A stretch of 64,000 bases of DNA from Mobula hypostoma. Its lineage: Eukaryota. Numbering within the stretch: position 1 is the first letter of the stretch; every line of letters starts with the position of its first letter. The notes beneath the pieces were generated by a model that was not told where the DNA came from, did not search any database, and saw only the letters and a list, made by a program, of their open reading frames with translations. The position numbers and the translations under genes are program-made. Below are positions 51,726 to 64,000 of the stretch, one piece after another. Where the stretch lies: contig NC_086097.1 in NCBI RefSeq assembly GCF_963921235.1, positions 92,506,001 through 92,570,000 on the forward strand, in the 5' to 3' direction.

Positions 51726-52457
51726 TATGGAAATGCAAGCTCTTTCTCTCTGATCTTACCATGTAAGGTAAAGTGACTTTGCCCATCAGCGAGAGCTGGC
51801 TGCATTAAGAGTGGGGTTGACAGCTGAGGTGGAGCAGAAGTACAGGACAAGAGCACATAATGTAGGACGTGTCAATAGGGAAATCCATCTGCCATCGTCA
51901 GGGTAGCTGGAAGCCCTGTCACAGTCTGAGCTGGGTGGGAATATGGGGAAATAGATTACAAGTAGACAGATGTGAAATTGACAGTGACATTGAATAAACA
52001 ACCATTAATGTGGATTTAATGGTGGTCATGCCCATTGATAAAAGTAATTAAAAACAATGGTAATGACAGGAAAGAACCTAATGCATTTATTTGCCTACAG
52101 CTGATTGCTATTAGGCTTCAGCTCAGCTCAATGTGCGTTGAGAGGTTAAGTTAAGGCTGGTGCAAGTTAATTTGCATATGTCCTTCTGGTTATATATCCA
52201 GTAAAATCTATCCATTGCAAAAATAACAGAAGATGCTGGAGAAAGTCATTGGGTCAAGCAGCATCTGTGGAGGCAGTGGGATTGTCAACATTTTCAGGTG
52301 TAGCCCTTGTATAAGGACTGGGTCAGAGTGTCCAAGATGTATTTGGTGTTTGGTAGCTATATGCACAAAGCTCAGTTTGACCAGTGTGATTGGATATCCA
52401 CAAAAATGGAGCATATATGTAACACAGTTTAGACATGCTCTACTATCTGCGTGTCAT

Positions 52458-52751
52458 TTAGATTAGATTAGGTTATGAGGGCACGCAGTCCTCTTTTATT
52501 GTCATTTAGTAATGCATGCATTAAGAAATGATACAATGTTTTTCCAGAATGATGTCACAGAAATACATGACAACCGACTTAAAAACTAACAAAAACCACA
52601 TAATTATAACATATAGTTACAACAGCGCAAAGCAATACCGTAATTTGATAAGAACAGACCATCACACGGTAAAAGTCTCAAAGTCTCTCGAAAGTCCCAT
52701 CATCTCACACAGATGGTAAACCTCCAGCGCCGCCAACTTGCCGATGCAGCA
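52458..52751 (-). mobile_element. Partial copy of the (TCTAA)n-tailed retroposon seen at 21193
   Basis: Near-identical gcagtcctcttttattgtcatttagtaatgcatgcattaag and aaagtcccatcatctca. Confidence 0.8.
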
Positions 52752-53387
52752 TTATGGAGGGCCTCTGGGGTTCTAACGTTTAACTGTCATTCATTCTTTG
52801 GGGGCGCTCCTCTGTTTTTGTGGATGGTTGTGAAGAAAAAGCATTTCAGGATGTATATTGTGTACATTTCTCTGACATTAAATGTACCTTTGAAACCTTT
52901 AAATAAACACAGAACGGAAGTCGGTAGCCCATTGTTAATAAACCTGCTTTCAATACACTAACTGCTGACAAAAGTACAAAAATGTTAGAAAAACGTTTAA
53001 AATGTTTTCAAAAAGTACAAAAGTACAGAAAAAGTTAGTTTTGTATCTTAAGTTTCGGCTGGAAAATGAAATTTTCTAAAAGAAATGTATTTGTGGGTAT
53101 TTTGAAACAAACAGTATATGACAATATAAACTTTTGTTGAAGCAATTAAAAAAATATAAACAACAATCTTGATATTCAAAAGAAGGTGATGTTTATGGGA
53201 TGGGGAAAATATTATGCTTTGAAAGAATAATGGTGAGCAATTCTTCGAAGAGAAATAAACCATCTGTCTGAACAACATTACATTGACACAGAGAAGATCT
53301 GGGATTAGATGATGCATGGAAATAAGTGTCAATGTAGGATAAGGAACCACTGCTAGGAACAGTAATTGCAATATTCAGCAAATCATT

Positions 53388-53768
53388 TAAGACCACAAGA
53401 TATAGGAGCAGAATTAAACTATTTGGCCCAACAAGTTTGCTCTGCCATTTCATCATGGCTGGTCAATTTTTCCTCTCAGCCCCAGTCTCCTGCCTTTACC
53501 CTGTATCCCTTCATGCTCTGACCAATCAATAATCTAGCCTTAAATATACATAAGGACTTGGCCTCCACAGCTACCTGCAACAAAGAATTCCACAGAGTCA
53601 CCATTCTCTAGCTGAAGAAGTTCCTTCTCATCTCCGTTCTTGATACTGTTCTATTCTGAGGCTGTGTTTTCTTGCCTTGGACTCTCCCACCATTGGAACC
53701 ATCCTCTCCTTTTCCAGTCTATCAAGGCCTTTCACCATTCAATAGGTTTCAGTTAGTTCATCCCTCAT
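53388..53768 (-). mobile_element. CR1 3' end
   Basis: taagaccacaagatatagg tail and aagaattccacaga, like the copy at 58978. Confidence 0.8.
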
Positions 53769-54539
53769 TTTGTCCTCTATGTTAGCACGTAACATACCAA
53801 ATAATGTTTTATGGATTTTAACTTGCATTCCCAAAGGCCATGAATGCCAGCTTAGGCATACTGGCGCCGGTAGAATGAATTTAATCAAAAGATGTGCAAA
53901 CTTCAAAGAATTGTCTATACTTGTAACTATGAACTGTCATTTGTGTTTAGCAAATAAATATGGAGCCTCAATCACAAGACGGTTAGACCTGTTCTGCCAG
54001 GGGTCTCTGCCTGCTGTAACCTTGTTTTGTCGAATAAAGAAACTACCTTGTACCTACCGGTAACGCAACGCTCTGTGATTTCATCCATGCCACAACAACG
54101 ATGATCTGGCAACGCTGTTGTTTTCACGTTGGGGGAGCTGCATGCTGCATGGTACAGTATGTGTGTGCAGACGTCTGTTGCTCCTTGCTGTGTCGTGGTG
54201 ACCTTTGCGCTATCTCCCACGCTCCCAAGCCGCCACAGCGTGCGCTCTCACGCCACACCCTCCAGTGGTGCCACGGTGAGCCTGCGACAAGGCATGTGCG
54301 ACTCAACAGTTTTATGTGGCCCAGTTCATGATTCCTCATTTTTCCTGAGTTTAGGTAGTCCGAATCAGCTCAGGAGCATACAAGATCGGATTAGACTGTG
54401 AGTTTCAACCTGTATTTCCCAAATGAAATGAGTTTCAATAAGCAACTAAACAGATAATTTTCAGAACACTATTCCTAGTTGGTTGTTGAGTGCATGTGAT
54501 CCACGTGCCCATAGCCACAACAGTCACAAACAAGACCTT

Positions 54540-55060
54540 GTAGAGTTACAGTTGTACCCTTTGATAACTGACAATTCTTTGGAGTCATGTTTTCCAAATG
54601 TAGAAAGTGCCCTGCGCATCTATTTGTCACTCATGGTTACCAACTGCAGTGGAGAACGCTCATTTTCAAAACTGAAAAGGATTAAAAATGAACTAAGGAG
54701 CACCATGGGTCAAAACAGATTGAACAATCTCTCTCTAATGAGCATTGAACATGAACTTCTATGTGAAATACTTTACCAGTATCATCAACAAATTTGCTCA
54801 TGCTAAATCTAGAAAATTTAACTTTTAAATTATAGTTTTGTTACTTTTGACAATTGAAATTGATACCTAGATGTAAGTAATACTATTACTGAAGTGTCAG
54901 ACATTTGTCGTATTATCTGGCTGTATAGCAAATGAAAAAATGTAATTACTTTACTATGCAATATTAAATAATTTATGTTTTAATACTTAAGTGCATTTTT
55001 TAAATTTAGGGCCCCTTTATAACATATGCTATAGGCCCACACTAGCTTAATCCGGCCCTG
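54540..55060 (+). mobile_element. hAT transposon 3' end (dimerisation domain plus TIR)
   Basis: FPNVESALRIYLSLMVTNCSGERSFSKLKRIKNELRSTMGQNRLNNLSLMSIE; terminus TTAATCCGGCCCTG. Confidence 0.88.
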
Positions 55061-55479
55061 CTGTTACTGCTTTAATGGGGAGTTAAATTTATTTCCAGTA
55101 TTACAAAGAGCAAGTTAATGAATGTATCAATCCAATCAGCAACCACTGCCTGAGTACCATTAACTGTCCTTAACAATGTATTAGAAGTCATGACATCTCT
55201 TTGTAAATTCCTTCAGAAAAGGTGTTTCAATGCAACTGAAGCACTGCCGTTTGCAAAAGTGAAAAGTAACATTTTACAGTCACAGCATCTTGGCAATACT
55301 ACTTATTGGAGTGACAAAGTGAAATATCTGCTTCCATCTATAAGTTCTGACATTGATACAGCGCCAATTATTCAATTCATTCAATGTGTAAGTTCATATT
55401 CGGCACAGCTTTGTGGGCCAAAGGGCCTGTATTGTGCTGTAGGTTTTCTGTGATTCTGTGTGTGTAATCACTTGGATAA

Positions 55480-56160
55480 TAGATTTCCCAAAGATTAGCT
55501 AAGAGAATGACAAGTTCTTGACCCTGTTGCTATTACGAACACAAACAATTTTGAATTTGGAACAGAGAACGTTGTTCACCTGACAAAAAAAAAACTCATC
55601 TACTATTACAAACTATGACAAAAGTGTCACCTCAAAAATATCACAGCAATACTGTGATTTCAAATTTGTCATTTCTAAGAAAGTTAAGACTGGCTCAATT
55701 AAGACTTTCATGATTTGTTGAACTATGTGCTTAGAAATGAAGAATTTGAAGAACTCTTAATTCTTGTTGACAACTTTTCAAGTACCTAGTGCAGTCTGCT
55801 AACATGGATTCAGTCTTGTGAATTCAATCAAATAGAAATCCAAAAACAGACCAGAAGTGGAACATTTGGATGATCTAATGAGATTAAGACGTATCTTTCA
55901 GCTGGATGCGAAATTAATCTGAACAGTGTTTAAAGACAATGGATTTGTAACAGACAATGAGGAAAATTTTATGAAATGTGTACTGTATTTCATTATACTC
56001 TTCAATTAATACTTTTTAAAATTTTCGTTCTACATATTCATAGTTTGCATATTACAAAAAAACATTTAAAGTGCCGTGCAGTTTTCTGGCTCTGTAAGAA
56101 TTCCCTGCTGAGAGTAATGGTTGGTCCATGCAGCTGTAAAAAATATTAGAGGGAATGTTA
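55480..56160 (+). mobile_element. Second, older hAT 3' remnant
   Basis: Degenerate GFSLVNSIK...EVEHLDDLMRL; ends with TIR-like tagagggaatgtt. Confidence 0.55.
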
Positions 56161-56279
56161 ATTGTGACAAAAAAGAAGTGAGGATGTTAAGGACGTGCAG
56201 TGTGTCAGTTTAGCAGGAAAGTCTACAGTCTACCGTCACTGCAGGACTTATATGTGTCCAGTATAAAGTAGTGTGCAAG

Positions 56280-56511
56280 AAAACTTATTATGGACACTAC
56301 CCATCCTGCAGACTGCCTTTTCCAAAAGCTGCCATCTGCAAGTGCTATAGGGCTAATAAATCTAAAACTTCACCCCATCTTAAAAGTTTCCCCCCACAGA
56401 CTGTAATGCTGTAAATATATACTGGTAATTATGCACATATTATTCTAAATCCATCCTTTAGCCTCCGACTTTATTTTTATATCATTCTTTATAATTGCTG
56501 AATGTTGTTTC
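56280..56511 (+). mobile_element. Rex1/Babar 3' remnant
   Basis: ctgccatctgcaagtgctatagggct...aaaagtttcc resembles the LPSG.Y..SFFP-type C-terminus. Confidence 0.5.
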
Positions 56512-57079
56512 ACTGATTCTTGAGAATTTGGATAAAACAGGTTTTAATTTTGAAAACAAAAGATTTTAAATGTTAAGAAATCTGAACTTATATGTTTATA
56601 GAACAAGGTCTCAGCAATCAAGCAATATTTCGGTGCAACCTCCTGATTTTGTAATTTTTTCATAAAATATGTGTTTTTCCTGTCATTACTTAGTTTTTGT
56701 CAACACAGTCAGACACAATAAAAAGTTAATTATTCCTATTTATTTAGTCTTATGTAGATTTAGAGCTTTTAAATCATTGTGTCTACACCATAGGTACACA
56801 TATATGCTGTTAAATGTTGAATATTCACTTTTGTTCATTTTTTATATTATTTCACGTGTACTTTTAAAACTCTTACATCATGCAACTTTTATCATTGGCA
56901 TTAAATACATAAAGTAACAATTTTGGACATAAAAAACACATTTTTAATTTTAAATAAATCAACTTTAATAAATCAACTGTTTTGGAGGAACAGATTGTAA
57001 GCATATTAATTTAATACAAAGAAAGTTCCATCTGACGGTGGTGACTGAGACCTGATGGTGGTGGCAGTGGCCTAATTAC
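56512..57079 (-). repeat. Left arm of a 568 bp inverted repeat (Sola2-like TIR)
   Basis: Reverse complement of 57951-58518; identical spurious 82-aa ORFs in both arms; one mismatch noticed near 57002. Confidence 0.95.
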
Positions 57080-57332
57080 AACAAACAATTCCAACCTTTT
57101 CATCACTCAGGTCAATGCTTCCTTGCTTAACAACTTTATTTAACAATTGGGTACAACAAGTAACTATTTGTCGTGTACATTTTATCCTTCTGTAAATACT
57201 AACCACAACGGTAAACAGCAAAATAAAAACCACAGTACAACCGCAATGTTTAAGCATAAACATCAGAAAACACACCAGGAACTAAAAAAAAATTCCATCC
57301 ATTTCTGTGCTTGAAAATCTTCGAAAACGTTC

Positions 57333-57948
57333 AATCAGCTTTATCAGGAAGTAGGCGATTAATATGCTCCTCCTCTATGAAGTCCATGACTTCAACAGAC
57401 AGGTGTTAGATCTCTCTCGTCCTGCTTGCACGACCCAGTGATGATGGCTCCATCAGTTCGACCAGAATATCTTCAATTGGTATGAAGCACATATCCTTTC
57501 CATCTGGTTTTGGATGGAAACACGTGTTGGGCCCATGAGGGTGGAAAAACTCCACTTGAACATCTTGATGATGAGCGTCCACAGTGACAGCCTTTGCTAA
57601 CCACCAATTTTGGTCATAAATGACTGCAAGCCAATCTCCACAATTAATGACACCAGTAGATGTATGTGTCATAGTCCCGTCAGGACCACTCTGGAGTTCC
57701 TGCTCCATTTCCTCCATCAGCATTGCCAAGGGCCCTCTGTTCTTTCCCATCGTAGGGCCATCATTCTCCTCAGCCTGTACCCTGGCATGTGTATTTTCAG
57801 TCAACTGAAATGTTGTTGGGCTGAAACTCTGCCACATCTGTGGCTCACTGCAGAAACATGACAATGACCTGCAATGGATGCTGTTTCCATAAGGTTTGAC
57901 CTGATGGATTTTCCTCGTTGCTGGTAGAGGTTTCAATGGTTGAGAAAG
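57333..57948 (-). pseudogene. Sola2-like transposase C-terminal fragment
   Basis: PLPATRKIHQV...LSCFC...GDWLAVIYDQNWWLAKA...VEFFHPHGP...DMCFIP; premature TAA at 57406-57408, then the frame continues HLSVEVMDFIEEEHINRLLPDKAD. Confidence 0.65.
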
Positions 57949-58518
57949 GAGTAATTAGGCCACTGCCACCACCATCAGGTCTCAGTCACCACCGTCAGAT
58001 GGAACTTTCTTTGTATTAAATTAATATACTTACAATCTGTTCCTCCAAAACAGTTGATTTATTAAAGTTGATTTATTTAAAATTAAAAATGTGTTTTTTA
58101 TGTCCAAAATTGTTACTTTATGTATTTAATGCCAATGATAAAAGTTGCATGATGTAAGAGTTTTAAAAGTACACGTGAAATAATATAAAAAATGAACAAA
58201 AGTGAATATTCAACATTTAACAGCATATATGTGTACCTATGGTGTAGACACAATGATTTAAAAGCTCTAAATCTACATAAGACTAAATAAATAGGAATAA
58301 TTAACTTTTTATTGTGTCTGACTGTGTTGACAAAAACTAAGTAATGACAGGAAAAACACATATTTTATGAAAAAATTACAAAATCAGGAGGTTGCACCGA
58401 AATATTGCTTGATTGCTGAGACCTTGTTCTATAAACATATAAGTTCAGATTTCTTAACATTTAAAATCTTTTGTTTTCAAAATTAAAACCTGTTTTATCC
58501 AAATTCTCAAGAATCAGT
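57949..58518 (+). repeat. Right arm of the inverted repeat, beginning GAGTAATTAGGCC
   Basis: Complementary to the left arm; GRG start fits Sola2 termini; repeated caccaccRtcag motifs near that end. Confidence 0.95.
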
Positions 58519-58823
58519 AGACTGCCTACTGCGAGCTGGCTCCTGTATAGTCTGATCTAATGGACTATCTGGGGGAGTTTCTGGGTGTTCTGGGCCCTTC
58601 CTCTTACGCTGTTGCTGTCTACGTTTCCACGCCTTTCCCTTTCATTCAAATCACTGATAGTTTTTATCTTCCCATCCCCTACTCTCTTCTTCCATCTTTG
58701 CTTTTCCTTTCTCAGGTATTCCTCCTTTAACTCTGGCTCACGATATATTTTCTCTCTCCGTTTTTTTTGGTATTCCCTGTTTCTTCTCCTTCACTCCTCC
58801 ACTGATAGCTGCTGCCTAGCCAT
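58519..58823 (-). pseudogene. Sola2-like transposase N-terminal fragment
   Basis: MARQQLSVEE*RRRNREYQKKRREKI...EYLRKEKQRWKKRVGDGKIKTISDLNERERR, frameshift, ...ETPPDSP...SRQS; splice acceptor tttatgtattttag just upstream. Confidence 0.6.
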
Positions 58824-58977
58824 AACTTCCTAAAATACATAAAAGGAAGATCAGAATTTAATAGAATTACTATGAAATTGTGCAAAATTACTATGAATTT
58901 AATTATGTTTAATTTGGTGAAATTTTATAAAATGATTATGAAATGGTACAACTAAATTCATTTATGGTTTTAGTCAT

Positions 58978-61900
58978 TAGACCATAAGACCATAAGACAA
59001 AGGAGCAGAAGTCGGCCACTCAGCCCATCGAGTCTGCTCCGCCATTTTATCATGAGCTGATCCATTCTCCCATTTAGTCCCACTCCCCCGCCTTCTCACC
59101 ATAACCTTTGATGCCCTGGCTACTCAGATACCTATCAATCTCTGCCTTAAATACCCAATGACTTGGCCTCCACTGCTGCCCGTGGCAACAAATTCCATAG
59201 ATTCACCACCCTCTGGCTGAAAAATTTCTTTGCATCTCTGTTCTGAATGGGCGCCCTTCAATCCTTAAGTCATGCCGTCTCGTACTAGACTCCCCCATCA
59301 TGGAAACAGCTTTGCCACATCCACTCTGTCCATGCCTTTCAACATTCGAAATGTTCCTATGAGGTCTCCCCTCATTCTTCTAAACTCCAAGGAATACAGT
59401 CCAAGAGCGGACAAACGTTCCTCATATGTTAACCCTCTCATTCCCAGAATCATTCTAGTGAATCTTCTCTGTACCCTCTCCAACGTCAACACATTCTTTC
59501 TTAAATAAGGAGACCAAAACTGCACACAGTACTCCAAGTGAGGTCACACCAGCGCCTTATAGAGCCTCAACGTCACATCCCTGCTCCTATACCCTATTCC
59601 TCTAGAAATAAATGCCAGCATTGCATTCACCTTCTTCACCACCAACTCAGCCTGGAGGTTAACCTTAAGGGTATCCTGTACGAGGACTCCCAAGTGCCAT
59701 TGCATCTCAGAACTTTGAATTCTCTCCCCATTTAAATAATAGTCTACCCATTTATTTCTTCTGCCAAAGTGCATAACCATACACTTTCCAACATTGTATT
59801 TCATTTGCCACTTCTTTGCCCATTCTTCCAATCTATCCAAGTCTCTCTGCAGACTCTCTGTTTCCTCAGCACTACCGGCCCCTCCACCTATCTTCGTATC
59901 ATCAGCAAACTTAGCCACGAAGCCATCTATTCCATAATCCAAATCATTGATGTACAATGTAAAAAGAAGCGGCCCCAACACAGACCCCTGTGGAACACCA
60001 CTGGTAACCGGCAGCCAACCAGAATAGGATCCCTTTATTCCCACTCTCTGTTTCCTGCCAATCAGCCAATGCTCTATCCATGTATGTAACTTTCCCATAA
60101 TTCCATGGGCTCTTATCTTGTTAAGTAGCCTCATGAGTGGCACCTTGTCAAAGGCCTTCTGAAAATCCAAATATACAACATCCGCTGCATCTCCCTTGTC
60201 TAGCCTACTTGTAATTTCTTCAAAAAATTGTAATAGGTTTGTCAGGCAGGATTTTCCTTTAAGGAATCCATGCTGAGTTCTGCCTATCTTGTCATATGCC
60301 TCCAGGTACTCTGTAACCTCATCCTTGACAATCGACTCCAACAACTTCCCAACCACCGACGTCAAGCTAACAGGTCTATAATTTCCTTTTTGCTTCCTTG
60401 CCCCCTTCTTAAATAGCAGAGTGACACTTGCAATCTTCCAGTCCTCCGGAACCATGTCAGAATCTATCGACTTTTGAAAGTTCATCGCTAATGCCTCCAC
60501 AATCTCCACAGCTACTTCCTTCAGAACAAGAGGGTGCATTCCATCTGGTCCGGGAGATTTATCGACCTTTAGACTACTCAGCTTCCTGAGTACTTTCTCT
60601 GTCGTAATTGTGACTGCGCACACTTCTCTTCCCTGCCACCCTTGAGTGTCCGGTATACTGCTGATGTCTTCCTCAGTGAAGACTGATGCAAAATACTCGT
60701 TCAGTTCCTCCGCCATCTCCTTATCTCCCATTACAATTTCTCCAGCATCATTTTCTATCGGTCCTATATCTACTCTCACCTGTCTTTTACTCTTTATATA
60801 CTTGAAAAAGCTTTTAGTATCCTCTTTGATATTATTTGCTAGCTTCCTTTCATAGTTAATCTTTTCCTTCTTAATGACCTTCTTAGTTTCCTTTTGTAAG
60901 CTTTTAAAAACTTCCCAGTCCTTTGTCTTCCCACTAATGTTTGCTTCCTTGTATGCCCTCTCCTTTGCTTTAACTTTGGCTTTGACTTCTCTTGTCAACC
61001 ACGGTTGCATCCTTTTTCCATTCGAAAATTTCTTCTTTTTTGGAATATACCTATCTTGCACCTTCCTCATTTCTCGCATAAACTCCAGCCACTGCTGCTC
61101 TGCCGTCCTTCCTGCCAGTGTCCCTTTCCAGTCAACTTTGGCCAGTTCCTCTCTCATGCCACTATAATTTCCTTTACTCCACTGAAATACCGACATCGGA
61201 TTTCAGCTTCTCTTTTTCAAATTTCACAGTGAACTCAATCATGTTATGATCACTGCCTCCTAAGGGTTCCTTCACCTCAATCTCTCTAATCACCTCTGGT
61301 TCATTACACAATACCCAGTCCAGTATAGCCAATCCCCTAGTGGGCTCAACAACAAGCTGTTCTAAAAAGCCATCTCGCAGACATTCCACAAATTCCCTCT
61401 CTTGAGATCCAGTGCTGACCTGATTTTCCCAATCCACTCGCATGTTAAAATCCCCCATAATTATCATAACACTGCCCTTCTGACAAGCCTTTTCAATTTC
61501 CTGTTGTAATTTGTAGTCTACATCACTGCAGCTGTTTGGAGGCCTGTATATAACTGCCATCAGGGTCCTTCTACTCCTGCGATTTCTTAGCTCAACCCAT
61601 AAAGATTCTGCACCTTCTGATCCTATGTCACCTCTTTATAATGATTTAATATCATTTCTTACCAATAAAGCCACACCTCCCCCTCTGCCTACTTTCCTAT
61701 CCTTCCGATACACCGTGTATCCTTGGACGTTCAGCTCCCAGAGACATGCATCCTTTAGCCACGTCTCAGTGATGGCCACAATATCATACCTGCCAATCTG
61801 TAGCTGTACAACAAGATCATCCACCTTATTCCTTATGCTGTGTGCATTTAAGTACAACACCTTAAGACCAGTATTTGATACTTTTCACTTTGATTTCACT

Positions 61901-63335
61901 GCAACTTTATCACACTGCAACTTTATCACACTGCAACTCATCCCGATGGCTACAAATTTGCCCCATCACCTGCCTGTCTTTCCTGACATCTTTACTGCTC
62001 ACTATCTTAGATTTATTTCTGTTTTTCCCTTCCTCCGCTCTATCATTCCAGTTCCCATTCCCCTGCCAAATTAGTTTAAACCCTCCCTAACAGCTCTATT
62101 AAACATTCCCGCCAGGATATTGGTCCCCTTCGGGTTCAGGTGTAACCTGTCCATTTTGAACAGGTCATACTTCCCCCAGAAAAGATCCCAATTATCCAAG
62201 AATCTGAAGCCCTGCCCCCTGCACCAGACTCTCATCTACACATTCATCTGCCTGATCCTACTATTCTTGCCCTCGCTACCACGTGGCACAGGTAGCAATC
62301 CCAAGATTACTACCCTGGAGGTCCTGCTTCTCAGCTTCCTTCCTAACTCCTAGAAATCTCTCTTCAGGACCTCCTCCCTTGTCCTATCTATGTCATTGAT
62401 ACCAACATGTACCAAGACAACTGGCTGCTTGCCCTCTCCCTTCAGAATATTCTGGACCCGATCCGAGACATCCCGTACCCTGGCACCTGGGAGGCAACAC
62501 ACCATGCGGGTATCTCTATCAGGCTCACAGAATCTCCTGTCGGTTCCCCTGACTATGGAATCCCCTATGACAACAGCATTCCTCTTCTCCCTTCTTCCCT
62601 CCTGCACAACAGCGCCAGGCTCAGTGCCAGAGACCCGGTCACCGTGGGCGTCCCCTGTCAGGTCATCCCCCTCAACAGCATCCAGAACAAGTTATTTGTT
62701 GCTGAGGGGGACAGCCACAGGGGTGCTCTCCACTATCCGGGCATTTTCCTTCCCTCTCTTGACAGTGACCCAGTTTCCTGACCCCCGTAGCCTAGGGATG
62801 ACTACCTCCCTGTAGCTCCTGTCTATCACCTCTTCACTTTCCCTGACAAGCAGTAGGTCATCAAGCTGCAGATCCAGATCCCTAACACGATCTCTGAGGA
62901 GCTGCATCTCGGTGCATCTGGCGCAGATGTGGCCATCAGGAAGGCTGGAGGTCTCCCAGGATTCCCACATCTGACACCCCGAACAAAGCACTAGCCCTGC
63001 AGGCATGCTGTCTAATTCTACAGGAACGAAACAGGAAAAATTCGCCGATTCGCGAAAGGGGGTGGGGGGAGGAAAAAAGAGTTGGTGCTTCGCTCTCGCC
63101 TCTTCCCGTTAACCACCGAAGCCCGTTGAAGCCGAAGCCCTACACTCTGCTACCACTCACTCTGCTGCCCGCTCCGACAGCTGCCCACTGTATAGGGGGG
63201 TCTCCTTTTTAAACTCTCCGCGCTGTCCTGTTACGTCACGCGCCTGCACAGTCTCGCCCTTCTTGCACTCGAAGAAGTTTTTTTAAAAAACTGCTTTCCT
63301 TCAGAATTCAGCTTCCATACCGCTCTGTTGTCCCG
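58978..63335 (-). mobile_element. Near-full-length CR1 LINE (~4.35 kb)
   Basis: 5'UTR, ORF1, ORF2 endonuclease (LYLNAHSI, AITETWL, MGDFN, GSDH) and RT (550 aa open stretch); (TCTTATGG)n tail. Confidence 0.96.
62071..63006 (-). pseudogene. CR1 ORF1 (zinc finger plus SGNH esterase-like domain) with nonsense codons
   Basis: VLCSGCQMWE...HICARC; AVVIGDSIVRG; VHVGINDI; in-frame stops at 62692 and 62350. Confidence 0.88.
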
Positions 63336-63339
63336 ATCC

Positions 63340-64000
63340 AAAAAATATATTTGAGGATACAAATATTAAGGAAATATTGTATGCCTGTGTGTGGAAGAAA
63401 GAAAGGGGAAATTATGCACAGTATATTATAAATAAAGAGGTTAATGAAACATTACAAGCCGTATTACTATTTATTGTGATCATAAATTATATTCAAGCCT
63501 CTACTGAGGATGATTTGGATGTTTTGCCAATACCGTCAAACTATGTGTCACCACCATCAGACAGAAAACCTGATGGTATTGACGTCTGACAGTAGTGACA
63601 AAAACACACTTTTTTACATGACATGCATGAGTTGTATACAGGAGCCATCTTGTTTTCCCTCTGCTGCTAGCTGCCTCTGGCCTCTATTTAAAACGCATAA
63701 ATCTATGTCATAATTTAAAATAATTCCTTCTATACAAAACAGACAGTGTTGACACGTCATGGTTGTGATAGTAGCAACATCAATAAGTATGTAAAAGTTA
63801 TTGAAAAAATAGCAAACTTATGGAGCTTGTTTAATCTTCTTGCATTTAGCAGATGTGGAGGGTGGAAAGGGGGCCCTCGAGAATATAGTTGAACATGTGG
63901 TTGCCTGATCTTATTGCTTTTTTATAAATGTCTGATGGTGTTGACAAAAACTTGGGACACATTTTGAACAACCACAAAATAAGAGTAAATATTGTTGAAA
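63340..64000 (-). mobile_element. Probable 5' intron/subterminal region of the Sola2-like element, beyond the CR1
   Basis: tcaccaccatcag (~63548), cctgatggt and gtgttgacaaaaact (~63938) are shared with the inverted-repeat arms. Confidence 0.5.

Noticed and set aside
56669..58361. Duplicated 82-aa ORFs as a gene pair
   Set aside because: AT-rich sequence inside the inverted-repeat arms; identity simply reflects the repeat
56511..58519. CACTA/CACTG (EnSpm) element
   Set aside because: Right end is CAGTA rather than CAGTG, there is no TSD, and the protein remnants look Sola2-like

Overview
Eukaryotic, repeat-dominated window with no confidently identifiable host protein-coding gene. The CR1 LINE families, V-SINE/Deu-SINE relics, Rex1/Babar LINEs and Penelope fragments suggest a cartilaginous fish; this is an inference from repeat content. 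Bases 1-~17350 are a C-rich satellite of 19-21 bp monomers (GAGTCAACTCCTCCAGTCC[CA]) with irregular 2-2.8 kb higher-order duplications. Its long ORFs are by-products of a stop-free monomer. The array abuts a decayed BEL/Pao pol fragment. The rest is nested retroelements (CR1 including one near-full-length copy, Rex1/Babar, Penelope, SINEs, solo LTRs with TSDs) and DNA transposons (Tc1, hAT, Helitron, Sola2-like). Two structures stand out. (1) A 1.2 kb non-autonomous Helitron carries a compact promoter/ORF/polyA unit encoding five exact 23-aa STPR-like repeats, broken only by one extra A in a homopolymer. (2) A rearranged Sola2-like transposon has two near-identical 568 bp inverted arms whose apparent termini face inward, enclosing the transposase C-terminus while the N-terminus lies outside. 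All family assignments come from motif recognition by eye; no database search was run.
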